Origin: Rhynchobatus australiae
Taxonomy: Eukaryota
Assembly (NCBI GenBank): GCA_034780895.1
Contig: JAUZTB010000068.1
Location: forward strand, 19,502,290-19,564,527
Length of the DNA: 62,238 bases
Direction: 5' to 3'
Shown: positions 14,298 to 27,728 of the stretch, one piece after another
Layout: the number at the start of each line of letters is the position of its first letter
Position numbering within the stretch: position 1 is the first letter of the stretch
The notes under the pieces: model-generated
Seen by the model: only the letters and a program-made list of their open reading frames with translations
Told to the model about the DNA's origin: nothing
The model's database searches: none
Made by a program: the position numbers and the translations under genes

Positions 14298-14695
14298 CTT
14301 CAGTTGGTAACAGACTCACCTCTTAAATCTGAGTTGTAGACTCTTGTCACATTCCAGAAACTTCACCACAAAATCCTTCACTGAATCTCAGGGATGCAGT
14401 GTTGTGCTCTTTGGGATACCTCTTTTCAGTTAAGGCATTAAATTGATGCCTTGTCTACTACCTCAGGTGAATTTGGCAGATCCTATGAAAACTATTTTAA
14501 AATGACATGAGGTGTTTCCCACTGTGTACTGGCTAACATTTATTCCTCAATCAACGTCTGGTCATTGCCACAATACTGATTGGGCAAATTGGCCTCAACA
14601 ATTCCTACATAACAACAGAAACATGCTTCAAAAGTACTCCATTGCTGTAAAGTACTTTGGGACTTCTAGAAAAAATATAAATGCAACATTTTATT
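14298..14695 (+). mobile_element. Deu-domain SINE (SacSINE1-like), degenerate
   Basis: tRNA-like head (tcagttggtaacagactcacctc), Deu-like core (caggtgaat...gatcctatg...actatttt...actggctaacatttattcctcaatcaac) and tail (cttcaaaagtactccattgctgtaaagtactttggga...tataaatgcaa). Related copies at about 13620-13870 and 39960-40330. Family assigned from recall. Confidence 0.6.
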
Positions 14696-17600
14696 TTGTT
14701 TAATGGCCATTCTCCTTTGTGGATGGGATTGTAAATTCTGCTGAACTTGCTGCGGTGGTAATGTCGATAGCAAGCCCAGCCTGATCCATGGGATAGCCAG
14801 AAGGACAGTTGGAAGGGAATTCAAACAATTTAACTCCAACACAATTTAAGAGCATTGAAACAATTCTTAGGTCCTTTACCAGTGCTCAGGAGGCTGTGGA
14901 TGTTCAACCAACGGATATATTCAGGACTGGGATAGATTCCTTAAGGGATCCATGGCCTAAGGAAAATCAGGCGGTAATATGGATGAAGTGTAGTATCAAT
15001 TATGTTTTTATTGGATAGAGCAGATGGCTTAATAGTCCATTTAGATTACAATGGTTTGTAGCAAATCATCACTTATTCAGGAACTGATTAAGTGAGTGAT
15101 ATATTTTATTTAAATATATTCTAGGCTCCAAATTAATTAATTAATTTCATTTTAGATGTATTGAAAATTCTCTTGCTATCCTTTTCTCTGACAAGAATGT
15201 TCTGCAACAATGAAATCACAGCAGAGTCTTAGAATTCAGTCTTGAAGTACTCTGAAAATGTTATCATCTGCACTCATCATGTTAATATCCAGTTCCTCTT
15301 TGAGTTATTTTAAAGGAGGCTTAAACTAGTTGAACTATATGCTAATGGCCTTACAGATTAGCAAAGTGGGAATTGATAATTCAAATATTAAACACTTCAC
15401 ATTGCCTAAAAAAAAATTCCATAGCAATGTCATTTTGTTTTCATTTGTAGAAAGCTGTATAATCATTATTGACAAAATACATTGTTCAAAAACTGCAGAC
15501 TGAATTTATTCCAGTCTGAGTCCAGATGACATTCACAAACCATTTGAAATTCACTCATGTTGCCTTTTACTCTGTCTAAATCTTGATAATAAATGGTAAC
15601 CTTCCCACTTAGTTGGCCATTTTGCAAATCTCTCTCAGGGATTAGTGGAATCCAAGAAACTGATCATATAATGTATTTAAAACCCATAGAGGGGTTCTCA
15701 ATAAGTAATATTTTGCTAAATCTTTGCTGCTTATGATTTATAATGGGGCAATGCTGTGTGTGTTTTTTTAGTTACAGATCTTATCGTCAAGTCCCCAAAT
15801 AATTACAGCACAAATCAAAGATCTTCAGCTCATCAACTTGCCAGCTCCTTGCAGAGAAATGCATTATTTGTCTAGAGCCCTGAAAGATATTTTCCCTTAA
15901 GCAACTATCCATCTACCTCATGTAACCTTGATTGATTCTATTTCCAACATCCTTACAGGCAATAAGGTCCAGATCATAACCTTCCTCTGAATAAAAGTAA
16001 ATTCTCACATCGTGCTTTTATCTTTTTCCCATCACTTTGTATCTTAAACCATTATTAGCAGGTTTAGGTAAAATATTAGTTCTCATACCTCATCTTATTT
16101 TAGATATTCTGCCATCTGCTATAAATGCTGTATTATCACAAAACACACCCACCATTCAGAGTCACTTCATTGAAAATGAGATCCTCACATTCCTTTTTCC
16201 TCCTTTGACAAAAGTTGAACTTTAGGCCACCCAGTGATGTTAAAAGAGCTGAATGAAATTGCACAAGGGAGGAGCCACTGAAGATACAGTAAATGATGTC
16301 AGATTTTTTTAGCATTACACTTTGTAAAGATATTTTCTCTTCTAATACTGCTCTGCTGATTAAATCTATTTTCTAATTATGAATATTTTCTTTTACTTAT
16401 AGTTCAAAAAAGGACATTAGATTCATTTTCATGTTTTCAAAACTATTAGACAAAACAATAATAAAATTTTAAAACTGTGGTGTCATATTGCATTGAAACT
16501 TATGAGAATAAATGACATTGACACTTAGAGCGAACTTAGAGCTTCACTTTCATAAAAACAGAAAATGCTGGAAATACAGTGTTGGTCAGCCAGCTTCAAA
16601 ATAAAAACAAGTAACTTCCAAAAAGCACAATCAATTTATTGTTTAGTTCTACATGTTCCATATTGCTTCCTCAGTAATATCTCTGCCTTCTATTTTGTCA
16701 TGATTTAAGAATGTTGGGTAGCTGGTTAATCATGGATTAAGAGTTTAACTCTGAGTGTAGCATAAATACCATTGGGGACTGTTGGACTAAAAGATTTATG
16801 TAATGGTGTTGTAAGCTCTTCTTAGTAACTCTATGCTCCCTCCAGAGTTATATTTATATACTTGTGATAAAAGAAAATCATACTCCATTCTATAATCCTA
16901 TAGTTCATTTCATGAATTTTGATAGAAAATTAGAAGCATAAGAATGTTAAGCAGACAATTATATTCCAAAGAAAAATGGTATTAATATTTCAAGTTGATG
17001 GCATTTTATCCTTGNNNNNNNNNNNNNNNNNNNNNNNNNNNNNNNNNNNNNNNNNNNNNNNNNNNNNNNNNNNNNNNNNNNNNNNNNNNNNNNNNNNNNN
17101 NNNNNNNNNNNNNNTCTCCTTGATTGAGAAAGTACCTGGACAATGCAGCTAATCTAATTGCTCATAGTTTGTGTAATCTTGCAGGATATACCATCACTGT
17201 GTAGGTGTCACCAGACCTAGGGCAGCTATGAAATATACTCTACAACAAATTTTGTCTGAATATCATCCAATGAGGCACCTTGAGACACTTCTTGTGTTAA
17301 AAATGCTGCATGAACACATGACATTTAAATTGACGTGATTTAAGAAATGACAGTAATGAGAAATTCAAGAGAGGACAAAAATCATCTCTGTTCTTTCCAG
17401 CAATGTTTATTTTGCTATGTTGGTTTTGATTCGCACCCTTCCACAACGTTTCTGCTTCCTGTTCTTTTGTGACGTCTTAAGGCAAAATAATCACCGAGCC
17501 AAAAATGTTCCTTACCTTCTGAAATGGTCATGGAGGAGATCCAGAGTAACTCCTCATATCATTTCTCAATGCAAGCACCTTTCTCTTTCATTGCCTCTTT

Positions 17601-20600
17601 CAGAACCACTGGATTATTCACTGCTTACTTGATTTTTACTATAATAATTGCATATAAATATCATTTGATAATGTTTTGTCATACTACGACAATATAATAT
17701 GACAAAATGCTACAATATTTCACTAATTGAGATTTTATACTTTTCTAATCATTGCCCAATTATTATTGTAATTACCAGTAGCAAAAAACAAATCTTTGTA
17801 ATACTATCTTTGCAAGTCCCATTTTTCCATTGTGTAGCACCTTGAGTTTTATTATTAGAGTCTTGTACTAAGGAAAACAAAAGTTTCTTTTGCTCAAACA
17901 TCTTTTAACTGGAGAGATAAAAAGTGCTAACAATCTTTCTCAAACAGCATTGAGTTTGATGATTATAATTAATGAGGTGAGTGTGAAAAGAGGTTCACCT
18001 GACAATGTAGAATAAATGAAACAAGTGTAAGGCAGCCTTCACACCTATCTCCTGACATTTTTTTATCGCACATGGAAGGGGAGTGGTGTCCTGCTTAATG
18101 TGTCTCTTGAAATCAATGCCAAAACCAACACTTTTAACATTAAGAGGGTCAAAATATGCCCTGTGACTAACTTCCAGTGGTTGAAAGGGGTGGAACTCCT
18201 GTTCCTTCAATATGTAAAAGTCTTCAGTGATTAGATTAAGAGATGAAAAGGTTTTAGTTGGTTAAGAATAGTGCTAAAATCCACAGGGTAAACACGTATT
18301 TTTTTCCTCTTCAGTAGTTAAATTGGGGGATTCAGTGAGACAAAAATGAAATAAAAATGTGACGGGCTTAATCTATTCAAGGGCAGAAAGTGTGTTTATT
18401 AATGTTCAAGCACATTAATGTGCATTTTCTCACCAGACCCTCCTCATATATCAGATGCACACTTTCAAGAATGATATACATGGGCCTGGTTAATCTTCTT
18501 AACAGTAAGAGTAGAGGCATCGTATTCAAAGGTGATGGGGCAGAAAGTCAAGACTACCTGATCCACAAACCTTCCAGCTTTTGTTTTGTCAGAGTCAGGT
18601 TTGGTAATAGCTTGTATTCGCGCAAAACAGATAAACCTATCCCGGTACAATCCACGTCAGGCAAAGACCTAGAGCTTGAATATCTTCTAATGTCAGCATC
18701 ATCAAATTATTTAAAGAAATGTGGTGAAGTGAAACAACAAAAAAATTAGCTAGGTAAGATTGTGTCAGTCGATGGTTAGTAATATGACTGGGTAAGTTAT
18801 TTTTATTATTGAAAGGACATTCTTAGGATTTGATGTTAATGCGTTGGAGTTGTCAACAATGAGCCTATTTTTGGAGAAAGTTTCCAAAGCGCAGTATAGA
18901 TCAGTAGGTTAAAGGTCATTGTGAATTAATCCAGAGACTCGTTCCTATAAGAATCTCCAGAGTTTGGCCGCTCTGAGTCAGCCTTGTTCGGTTGTCACAG
19001 ACAGCTCAGGGACAGATTTCCAGACCACTACACGGGAGGGCCTTCAGCCCAATAAGTCTGTGGCCGCTGCTAGTTTGCACAATCCAAAATTAATCTCTAA
19101 TTTCATGCCTCTTTTTCAAAACTAATCTTCCTTTCCAACATACTTTTAAAAATGTCACTTTATAAACAATATTTTCCTCACCTTTTTCTTCAGTCTCTTA
19201 ATTGAGCCACTCGGCGATGACCCACCAGTCAGAAGTAGCCTTCCCTCACCACTAGTTCAAACTCTTGAAAATTTGTAAACAGAAGCAATCCTTAAACCTC
19301 ATCATAATTATCTTTTTCTCTCTCTTTGCGGCAATGGTCTCAGAATCTCACGTCTTCCTTCGATAACTATAATGTCCTATTCCTCAAATTGTCCCGATGA
19401 ATCAATGCTAAATGTCCTGTGTGCCTTTTGCCTCCTTTCTGCAACGGGATGCCTAAAGCTGAACAGTAATCTGAGGGTGGCCTTGTATATATTAATGGTA
19501 ACGTTTCTCCCTTATATAAAAGCAGAAATCTGCTTCCTTCTGTAACCATCTCCTGATTCTTTCGCGGGATTGCTTGTTTGCGCGGCAGGCGTGTTGTATT
19601 TCTCTGGACCGGTCACTGACTTTCCACAGAGTGTCCCAATCGTTAGTTTTCCGAATTTACATGAGAGGAAAAAAAAAGTTACTAAGTGGACTCATGCCCA
19701 CTGTTTACCTGGCTTATTCCAAACCTGCATACACTTGAGGCATCACTTTGGAATACGTCAGTCACTAGTTTAGTGACTAGTCCAGTCCGTAGCGCCCCAA
19801 TTGCATGACTTTGTAAGGAAGCATTCACTTGATACAAAGGAAAGTTAAGAACTGCTACAAGATCGGGAATCTATTTTATTTAATTATAATATTCATCGAA
19901 AAAAATTGCAGATCGGCAAGCAAAAGTGTTTAAGTTGAGTCATTTCAATGCGTTACCAGCCGCGTTATACTTTGATTAATGGCTTAATATCTTCAGCATC
20001 CTGACCTCCTGGCACAGGTCTGTGCTGAATATTCTTTCATGAACCATTAGCCAAGGTGGGATCCTGGTTGCCTGAACGTGCCGCCATGTTCCCAGCTCCA
20101 ACGCATCACGGCTGTGCATTGTATTTGCATCTGTCTGATTCTCCAGTCAAACCACATTATTTCTGTCCCCCGCCGTTTTTGCCACTAATTGAATTATTGT
20201 CCGCTGCATCGAGCGCCCTTATCAAGAATATTTCCTCATAACGAAACATTAGCAAGTCTCCTTTTCGGGTTTTGCATGGCATCAGAATTTCTGAAGCTTA
20301 AATGTTCCTGCACGCACATTTCCTTAACCGGTTACAGCCACGGAGAATAAAAAGACGGGTTATAGAAAGAATGGGAGTCTTGAGTCTACTGACCAAATAG
20401 CAAGATAAAATAGCGCTTAAAAAGTTAACAGCGAATGTAAAGAAGAGTTTACAGCCTGAATTTGGCCCTCCTTTCTTGAAATCGCGATTCTTAGTTGGAG
20501 CTTGGCTTGTATTGTTATTATAATGATTAATACTAAGTAAGAATATTTGCGAGCCTCTCCGTCCAGTTAAATGGGCCACTTGCAGCGTCGGGAAAAGAGG

Positions 20601-20842
20601 CAAGGCGAGGCTCCCTCACCTGGAGAGCAGAATCTGCCTGGACTCTCGCTGGCTGCAGACTCGGGTAAACATCAGAAGAGCAATAAAGACCGCCCCGGGA
20701 GGGCTGGGACTGAAAGGGTTAAGCGGCAGATTGACAGCGAGATGCATTCACTGGGAGCCGCTGGCAGGTGGGCGGTTCCATCGAAATCCCCCATGATTTG
20801 ACTTCCATTTCCTTTCCCTTTTTCCCTCCGATCTTTGACCAG

Positions 20843-21174
20843 CTGATGAACTCTGCCTCTCGCTCTCTCACTCGCACCCTCGCTCAGTAAAGTTGTGTCA
20901 GTCACCCCCTCCCTCGGCAGATGTCAGTGGTCTGGATCTACTCTCCTGCTCTGGGACGGACTCGGAGCCGCCACCATTTGGCACCAGTTGAGATCGCGAG
21001 GACTTTCCACTAAAGGACATCTACTTCAGTGGGAGGGGGGAGGGGGTGTCAACGCTGTGCGGCCGTGAGGTGAGCCCGGTCCCGGTGTCCCGCGACATCA
21101 AGGCGGGTGGCCACTGCTGAAGTCTCTCTCAGTGCGGGACTGCCCTCCCATTGCCCCGGGACCCTGCCCCGGAG
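20843..21174 (+). other. Candidate 5' UTR portion of the first coding exon
   Basis: Long polypyrimidine tract ttccatttcctttccctttttccctccgatctttgaccag ending in AG at 20841-20842. GATA4/5/6 genes usually have a non-coding first exon spliced onto the ATG exon. An alternative acceptor is at 20919-20920. Confidence 0.4.
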
Positions 21175-21654
21175 ATGTACCAGGGTCTGGCCAATCCCCC
21201 GCCGTACACGGCGCACCCTGACCCGGTCGGGGCTTTCCTGCACTCAGCCAGTTCCGCCGTCTACGTTCCGAGCACCAGGATGACCAGCGGGCTCTCGGGG
21301 TTCTCCTACCTGCAGGGCGGCTCCCCCCAACAAGGCAGCCCGGTATCGCCGCACCCATCCTGGGCTCAGTCGCAGGCTCAGGCGGCGGGCAGCGAACCTT
21401 CGTGCAGCCGCAACCCTGGTTCCTTCTCTTCCAGCCCGCCCATCTCCAGCGGAACCCCCGCCTTCAGCAGCCCTCGGTCTATCTCCTCGGCCGCCGCCGC
21501 AGCCGCCGCCGTGCGGGACCAGGTCAGCATCAGCTGGACCCTCAGCGGCTCCTTCCCCAACCACTACCCGCAGTACCTGAGTTCGGAAGCGGCCACCGCC
21601 TGGAGTCCGGCTCCCATGGACAATCCTGCCTTCAGTCTCATCCCGGCTCGCAGG
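21175..21654 (+). CDS. gata4-like: GATA4/5/6-class transcription factor, coding exon 1 (GATA-N transactivation region); 3' end hidden in N gap 21655-21791
   Basis: ATG at 21175 with an in-frame TGA upstream at 21118-21120. Translation MYQGLANPPPY...GAFLHSASSAVYVPSTR...SYLQ...SWAQ...AAAAAAAVRDQ...GSFPNHYPQYL...AWSPAPMDNP follows the motif order of the GATA4/5/6 N-terminus (MYQSLA, SPVYVPT, SYLQ, WSQ, GSYxxPYPAY, W..GPFDSP). Exon 2 needs a phase-1 donor, and none is visible at the gap edge. Confidence 0.93.
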
Positions 21655-23424
21655 NNNNNNNNNNNNNNNNNNNNNNNNNNNNNNNNNNNNNNNNNNNNNN
21701 NNNNNNNNNNNNNNNNNNNNNNNNNNNNNNNNNNNNNNNNNNNNNNNNNNNNNNNNNNNNNNNNNNNNNNNNNNNNNNNNNNNNNNNNNNNTTGCCAAAA
21801 TAACCATTCAGAACTTTCCTCTTGTTATGTTCGCCGGCGGATTACTACGACAACTCGTCGGCCTCTTCTCCCATGAACTGCCCTTACAACGAATCTTATC
21901 ACCGGCAGGTTTAGACAGGAGAGAGAATCAAGAAACTTATTTTTAATGCTTAATATAGCTGAATGTTGACATTTTAATTTGTGTTCTCTGCAGTCTACAA
22001 CTTGGAGAAGTGAAGGCTATTGTCATAACTGAAAGGTTGATGCTATCTACCGCTTTGATAGACATCGCCGGTGTAACAGGGTGGGCTTCACAGTTGGGCT
22101 AAAATCGATCATTCTAATAGCTTTAAAGAAACATTAGAAGTAACCTCGGTTCTAGAAACCGTAGTTTCTCCGTTTAGTTCATGAAAAGATGTTACGTACA
22201 AACTGTGGCATTCTCGCTCATTTTTGAAAGCAAAAGGGACACATTATATGATGTGACCAACTAGTTTTATAAATATTCTTCCAGGCGCTAGTTCTCGTAA
22301 TCTGTGTTTTCACAAATTGTGCTCAAGCCGTGATTTCTATTCACTGGAATAGGTCAGGACGCGGTGCAAATTGTGGTTTGAATACAATTGAAACAACATT
22401 GACTGTATCTCGAATGCTAAGAGGCGCAACTGGGGCCTGGTAGCAATTTGTATAGATTCCATGCCTGGACTTAAGTAGGAGGTACACGTTGGAACCAGAG
22501 CTTAACTCAGTAGTTCTGTAATTTAATCGAGCGACAGTCGAGCCCCTTTTTTTTAACAAGTTCGCCATTCTGTGATTAAAAATGAAGATAGGAAGAAATC
22601 TGGAGGACAACCAGTCAGTGTATAAGCACAGGGCATTAGGCTTCGTTTGTTCGGCCGCCTGAACGGACCACATCACATCACAGGGAGAAAACACAGGAGA
22701 GGAGCAAAACCTTTCTGGCGCTTGTGATGTAACATTAGTTTACAGCCCACACTTTGTTTTGGTGTGTGTTTTTGAACCACTATACTGTTCTGTTGCCCTA
22801 ACTCACAGCGTGTGTCTTTTGACATTAAATTAATCAAACGGTTACACTCAAAAGGTATCTGGTCAGTCTGTAATAGAGCATGGTTGGGAATTGTCAGCAT
22901 TACTTGGGTACAGTTTCCGGTAATTAAAAGGTAATGGAGCGGCTGAATTTACAGTCAAGACCTCTCTATGGAGAATATTGTCTACTTCGCACCCTTATGA
23001 ATTATAAATTCATTGAATGGATAGTGTTATCCCTCTGGTGTAGAACATACTGAGAAACGGGCCAGGTAACAACTAGGAGCCCACGAGCTAATAACTTGAA
23101 TTTTGTATCCAAATGTTGCTCTTAATGGATGATGTGGCATTTGTTTTCTTAAGGAACCAATGCCATGTATTCCAGGTAAAATTAGTACACTTCCCCTACA
23201 ATTCCTTCCTGATTTCTTGATTTGCACGTTAAGGGTCGGTAGCAATGGCTGGCCGCAAAGTTTATTTTCGTTGAATTGCGTCAAAGTTTTCACATTCTTC
23301 GCGTAATGTCTGTATTTAGGTTGTCAATGTAGTCCGTTGTGGCGGCTCGGCTCTGTTTCACGGGGAGATGTAAACGTCTTGAACGTATATTCTGCATAAT
23401 AGCCCAACGATGAGAAAGAGTGGG

Positions 23425-23495
23425 AGTGGGGGGAGGAGGAGGAGGAGGAGGAGGAGGTGGAGGTGGAGGTGGAGGTGGAGGAGGAGTTGGGGGAG
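23425..23495. repeat. (GGA)n/(GGAGGT)n compound microsatellite in intron 1
   Basis: ggaggaggaggaggaggaggaggtggaggtggaggtggaggtggaggaggag seen directly. Confidence 0.92.
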
Positions 23496-24789
23496 TGACC
23501 ATTCCTCCATTCTTATAACTTCTCCATGATCACCCTGAGATTTTTCACAAATCTCATCCACGCTTTATATGAACATTCCATTTTCACATTACCAGCAAAT
23601 TGTGCTTCCCACACACAGCACAATGTATAACAAAAAGAATAAGGACCCAACAACTGACTCCAGGGTACTCTGCTTCCAAACTTTCTCTAGCCAAACCAGT
23701 GCATAGTTATCCGAATACTTTACATCCTATCTATCACTAACCACCAGAAAAATTTTAGTATACCCATTTCGTGTTCTTCACCACCCTCCAATGTGATGAC
23801 TTCTGAAGATAAAATCCAAATTCTCTAATCTACCTTCTCGTTTATACATTTATTAGTCCTTTAAAAATATTTTTACATTTAACGAACATGACTTCCCCTT
23901 ATCAAATCCAAAACAGTTATCCAATGGTGAAAAGATTGCATGCGTCTCTCACGGGGCTTATGGGATACAAGTCTAAATCCTGCCAATATTCCAAGTAGAA
24001 GTTAACACTGTAGTGTAAAATAAACTGAAATGCATTTGATTGACCTAGTTGACTTTTTGTCAGGGCATGGCAATAACAACTTTGGGCAACATCAATAGAA
24101 TGGGTGCTCTTTTTAATTAGGCTTATGTTAACCAGCAATCTTATATTGAGGAGATATACAACTCAATTCACTTTCATGCTTCAGATCTTATTTGATCTTT
24201 TAATGTGCTTATTAATTTCAGAAGCTTAGCAAAATGAGCAATTATCTTGTTTCTGGCTGTTCTGACTACATCTTCAAAGTATGAAATGTCTTATGTTTGA
24301 ACAGTAGATTCAACAGCAGTACAAACATTCACAAAATTAAAACCCACTATAACTCTCTGTTCAAGGATAAGGACTTATTTTAAAGAACACAACCTCAATG
24401 ACAAAGAAAGATTACTTTAATAAGTTGAATCACTGAGAGCAAGGGTAATGAAGAAACTAACATGGTTCCTGGTCTGGAACCTTGGTGTCCAGAGGGCCAG
24501 TGGACACAGGGCTGGCAAATGACCAGTTTCTGTCCTGTTAATTCTAAGCGAACATTTTCCCAGATTTTGCACTGCATTATCAGTATTTGTCATCGTCATG
24601 CCACAAAACCAAAAACAACCTGAGATTTCTGAGCATGTTCAAAGCTGCTTTCTGTTTTAGGAAGAAGAGTCAATGCTCTTCTGCAGCTTTTTCCATTGTA
24701 AAAAAAACAGGTTAAATATGCAAATTAAATACATTTATCTTGCTATCTGTAAAGTATTGCACAGTTGCATGCAGTGTGAAATCGTTCTA

Positions 24790-25024
24790 TGCTGGAGGAA
24801 CTCAGCAGGTCAGGCAGCTTCTATGGAGGGAAATTAACAGTTGACGTTTTGGATTGATACCCTTCATCAGGACTGGGAAGGAAGAGGGCAGAAGCCAGAA
24901 TGAGAAGGTCGAGGGAGGAGGAGGAGCACAGGCTGGTAGGTGATAGGTGAGTCCAGGTGACAGGGGGAAGTTAGGTGGGTGGGGCAGGAGGGATGAAAGG
25001 GAATGATGTGAGAAGCTGAGAGGT
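24790..25024 (-). mobile_element. Penelope-derived terminal repeat fragment with decayed hammerhead motif
   Basis: tgctggaggaactcagcaggtcaggcagc...cttcatcaggactg...ggctggtaggtgatagg matches the arms of the 35155-35919 element; runs into an N gap. Confidence 0.7.
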
Positions 25025-27728
25025 NNNNNNNNNNNNNNNNNNNNNNNNNNNNNNNNNNNNNNNNNNNNNNNNNNNNNNNNNNNNNNNNNNNNNNNNNNNN
25101 NNNNNNNNNNNNNNNNNNNNNNNNGGGATGGGTGTTCGGCCCATTGAAAGAAATAACACTTCTGACAACATTAAAACATACTTTACCAAACCTCGTCAAG
25201 GTTTGCAACTTTCCTGATATCTTGGTCCTCAGCTCCCCGGAAATGCGGCAAGAATATACCTGTGTATATGTGTTTGGTTATATTATACTATCATTTTCTT
25301 CCGCCATTTGCAGAGTATAGATTATTAAAAATACAAAGAAGTGAGGGGAACCTACGCTTCTAGCATCCAACCTCATACATTTTTACGTGTTAGACGAACA
25401 AGGAAAAGTTACATAACACAGAGGCCGTGTAATTTCTAAACGTGAAAAGGTTGACCTATATTCGTCTACTGATGCGGTCTGTTGCTAACAGACAGCGGAA
25501 AGTAAGGGTGATTCGGCAGAACATTTTATTCCGAGTCCGGCTCGGTCTTTGCAGGCCGTGTTGGAGCGGAGTTGCTGCTTAGTTTAAGGGGAGTAGGTTT
25601 CCTTTTGTTGCAACAGAATGATTCGGCTATGAGTGGGAGAGTTACAGGAAAAGGTGTTTGGCAGGCGCGGGACATGTTTAGTATCAGGAAGGGAATCATG
25701 GAAAGTTCTGGGTTTTTTTAGCTGAACTTGAAAGATTTCGTTTGTTGAAATATAAAGCGTTACTGAATGTTATTGAAAAAAAAACAGGGCCTGTGGGTAG
25801 TGCCTTCGCCTGAAGGATATGATCACCGTTGAGAGCTCCGGTCAACACACAGCAGTAATCGAAATACAGGCTCACAATTTTCTAAAATAATTTTAATGTT
25901 CATATCTAACCGCCACATATGAATAAAGCGAGCTGCTGGTTTTGTTTAAATATGATTTTCAAAAGATTAATTAGCTTGGTTGGTGCCACGCTGTATGATT
26001 CCCCTAACTATAGGGCGGCTCGCGAATTGGTCTTGAGATCCTTTCTTGAATTAAGACATTCTGGTCGGTTTAGTGCTGAATATTCTCTTTATAAAGATAC
26101 ACAGACCACAATCTATCCCCAGTCTCAATTTGCTTTAAAATGCAAACACGGCATTGCAGGAATCAACAATGTTTGCCTTCAGCTGGAGTTGGGATTGTTC
26201 AGACAATTAAGACACAACAGGTTGCTGACGGCCGATAGATCACGATCCCCAGACCCATTGCAAACTCATCCAGGGCCTAATAGATTAGATCTGATCCCGC
26301 AGTAATATTTCCAAAATAATGCAACAACAATTTCCGTCCAATTCTAATTCGTGATTTTTTTTCGTGCTTCGTACAGGTAAAGGCGAGGCTAATCTCAATT
26401 GTACTAAATTTAAAACTAACTGGGAGTAGGGGGTGGGGATCCGAGAAAGGGGCAACTTGATCCCCGCACCGCTCCCTACCCCAAATTCTCACCGGATAAT
26501 TTCGGGTTCAAGGCCTGGTGAAACGATTGGCAATATAGTTACGGGAATCATACAGAAAGGGCAGGAACACCTGAAAATGAACAAAATAAATTGAGAGACA
26601 AGCATACTAATTGCTTTGCCCTAGGGACAGTTTGAAGGGGCAAAGTAATTAATATAATTGTTTCTCAATTCAAAGTTTGAGGAACTATCAAAATGCGCCT
26701 GGCTCAAAGTTCAGAGGATTCTGTCGGATGCGATGCAGCAACCACAGGGGAGGGAAAACCCTTAACACCGCACAAAGATACAGTGATCACCGGTTTTTGT
26801 TGTGTATCGTAATGTGGAACATTGCGGTACATTCTGAACCGATCCCAGTGTCTGGGGACAGTTTACAACTTTCACCTGCCTTGATTTTTTTTCCCTTACA
26901 CACTTTGGGAGGGGCGGCAGGTGGGGGCGGGGAGGGCGCTCCTGTGCGAAAGGGAACAGATTGCGTGGGTGGAAGTAGAGCCGAGGATCTTTGCCCATTT
27001 TTGTTACCACCAGCCACCACCATCCATTTCTTAACTTTCCGCCCTCCTTGCAGTTGGATTCCATGACCCCGTGCGAGAAGAGATCATTTGGGAAATATCG
27101 GCAGGCTGGATGCGGGGGTGCAGTGGGGCCGAGGGATGAAGGGTGTCACATCAGCCGTTCGCCTGCCTGTTCCAGATATTAACTGATTCCATCTCGATTC
27201 CGCTAAAATGGCGATATAAGGGGAGGGGCAGTCAGTTCGATTACAGAGCTGTAACCTTCACCAGTTGGACGGACATTGAGTGGAATTACCTTACTCGTTT
27301 TCTTTGTGGGCGAGTTGTGTGTGGGATTGATTTATTCTGAAATCTAGTTATCCAATGTACCTTCCTGAGTTTGATGCAGGATGGTTGGCATTCGTGAATT
27401 TTAAAACACATAGCCCTCTGGTGCCTGGGTTTATGGCGTGTGTTACATCCCAACAGGTTCCATGCCTTACCGTCAAACCCCTTCACGATTAATTATGTAA
27501 GAAAGACAGCGTATCAATTTTACACTTTACTTGCTCCCCCGCCTTGGGATAATATGTCCAATTTCAATTATTATTTGCATTTCACTTGGAAATAAAACTT
27601 ATTTATTTTTCTTGCTGAAGTTCAGTAAGACTTCTTGGTCTTGGTAAGTACCCGCTACGAATAATGGTTACAGAAGCAAAAACTATGACAACACTCGAGG
27701 GGTCAGGCAGCGTCCGTGGAAGGAGAAA

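Larger units (their letters stand above)
20560..21654. promoter_or_regulatory. CpG island over the promoter / 5' UTR / first coding exon
   Basis: Sharp rise in GC and CpG density relative to the flanks. GC-box-like ccgccccg (about 20690) and gggcgg (about 20770). Confidence 0.7.

Noticed and set aside
20843-21174. GATA6-type long N-terminal extension from an upstream ATG
   Set aside because: In-frame TGA at 21118-21120, upstream ATGs are out of frame, and there is no MALTDGGW-like sequence.
21490-21510. Seven-alanine GCC-rich tract in exon 1
   Set aside because: Polyalanine runs at this position are ordinary in GATA4 and GATA6.
21098-21807. Antisense and alternative-frame ORFs overlapping exon 1
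   Set aside because: These are the expected stop-poor shadow frames of a GC-rich coding exon, with no recognisable domains.
23290-23502. Polyproline ORF on the minus strand
   Set aside because: It is simply the translation of the (GGA)n microsatellite.
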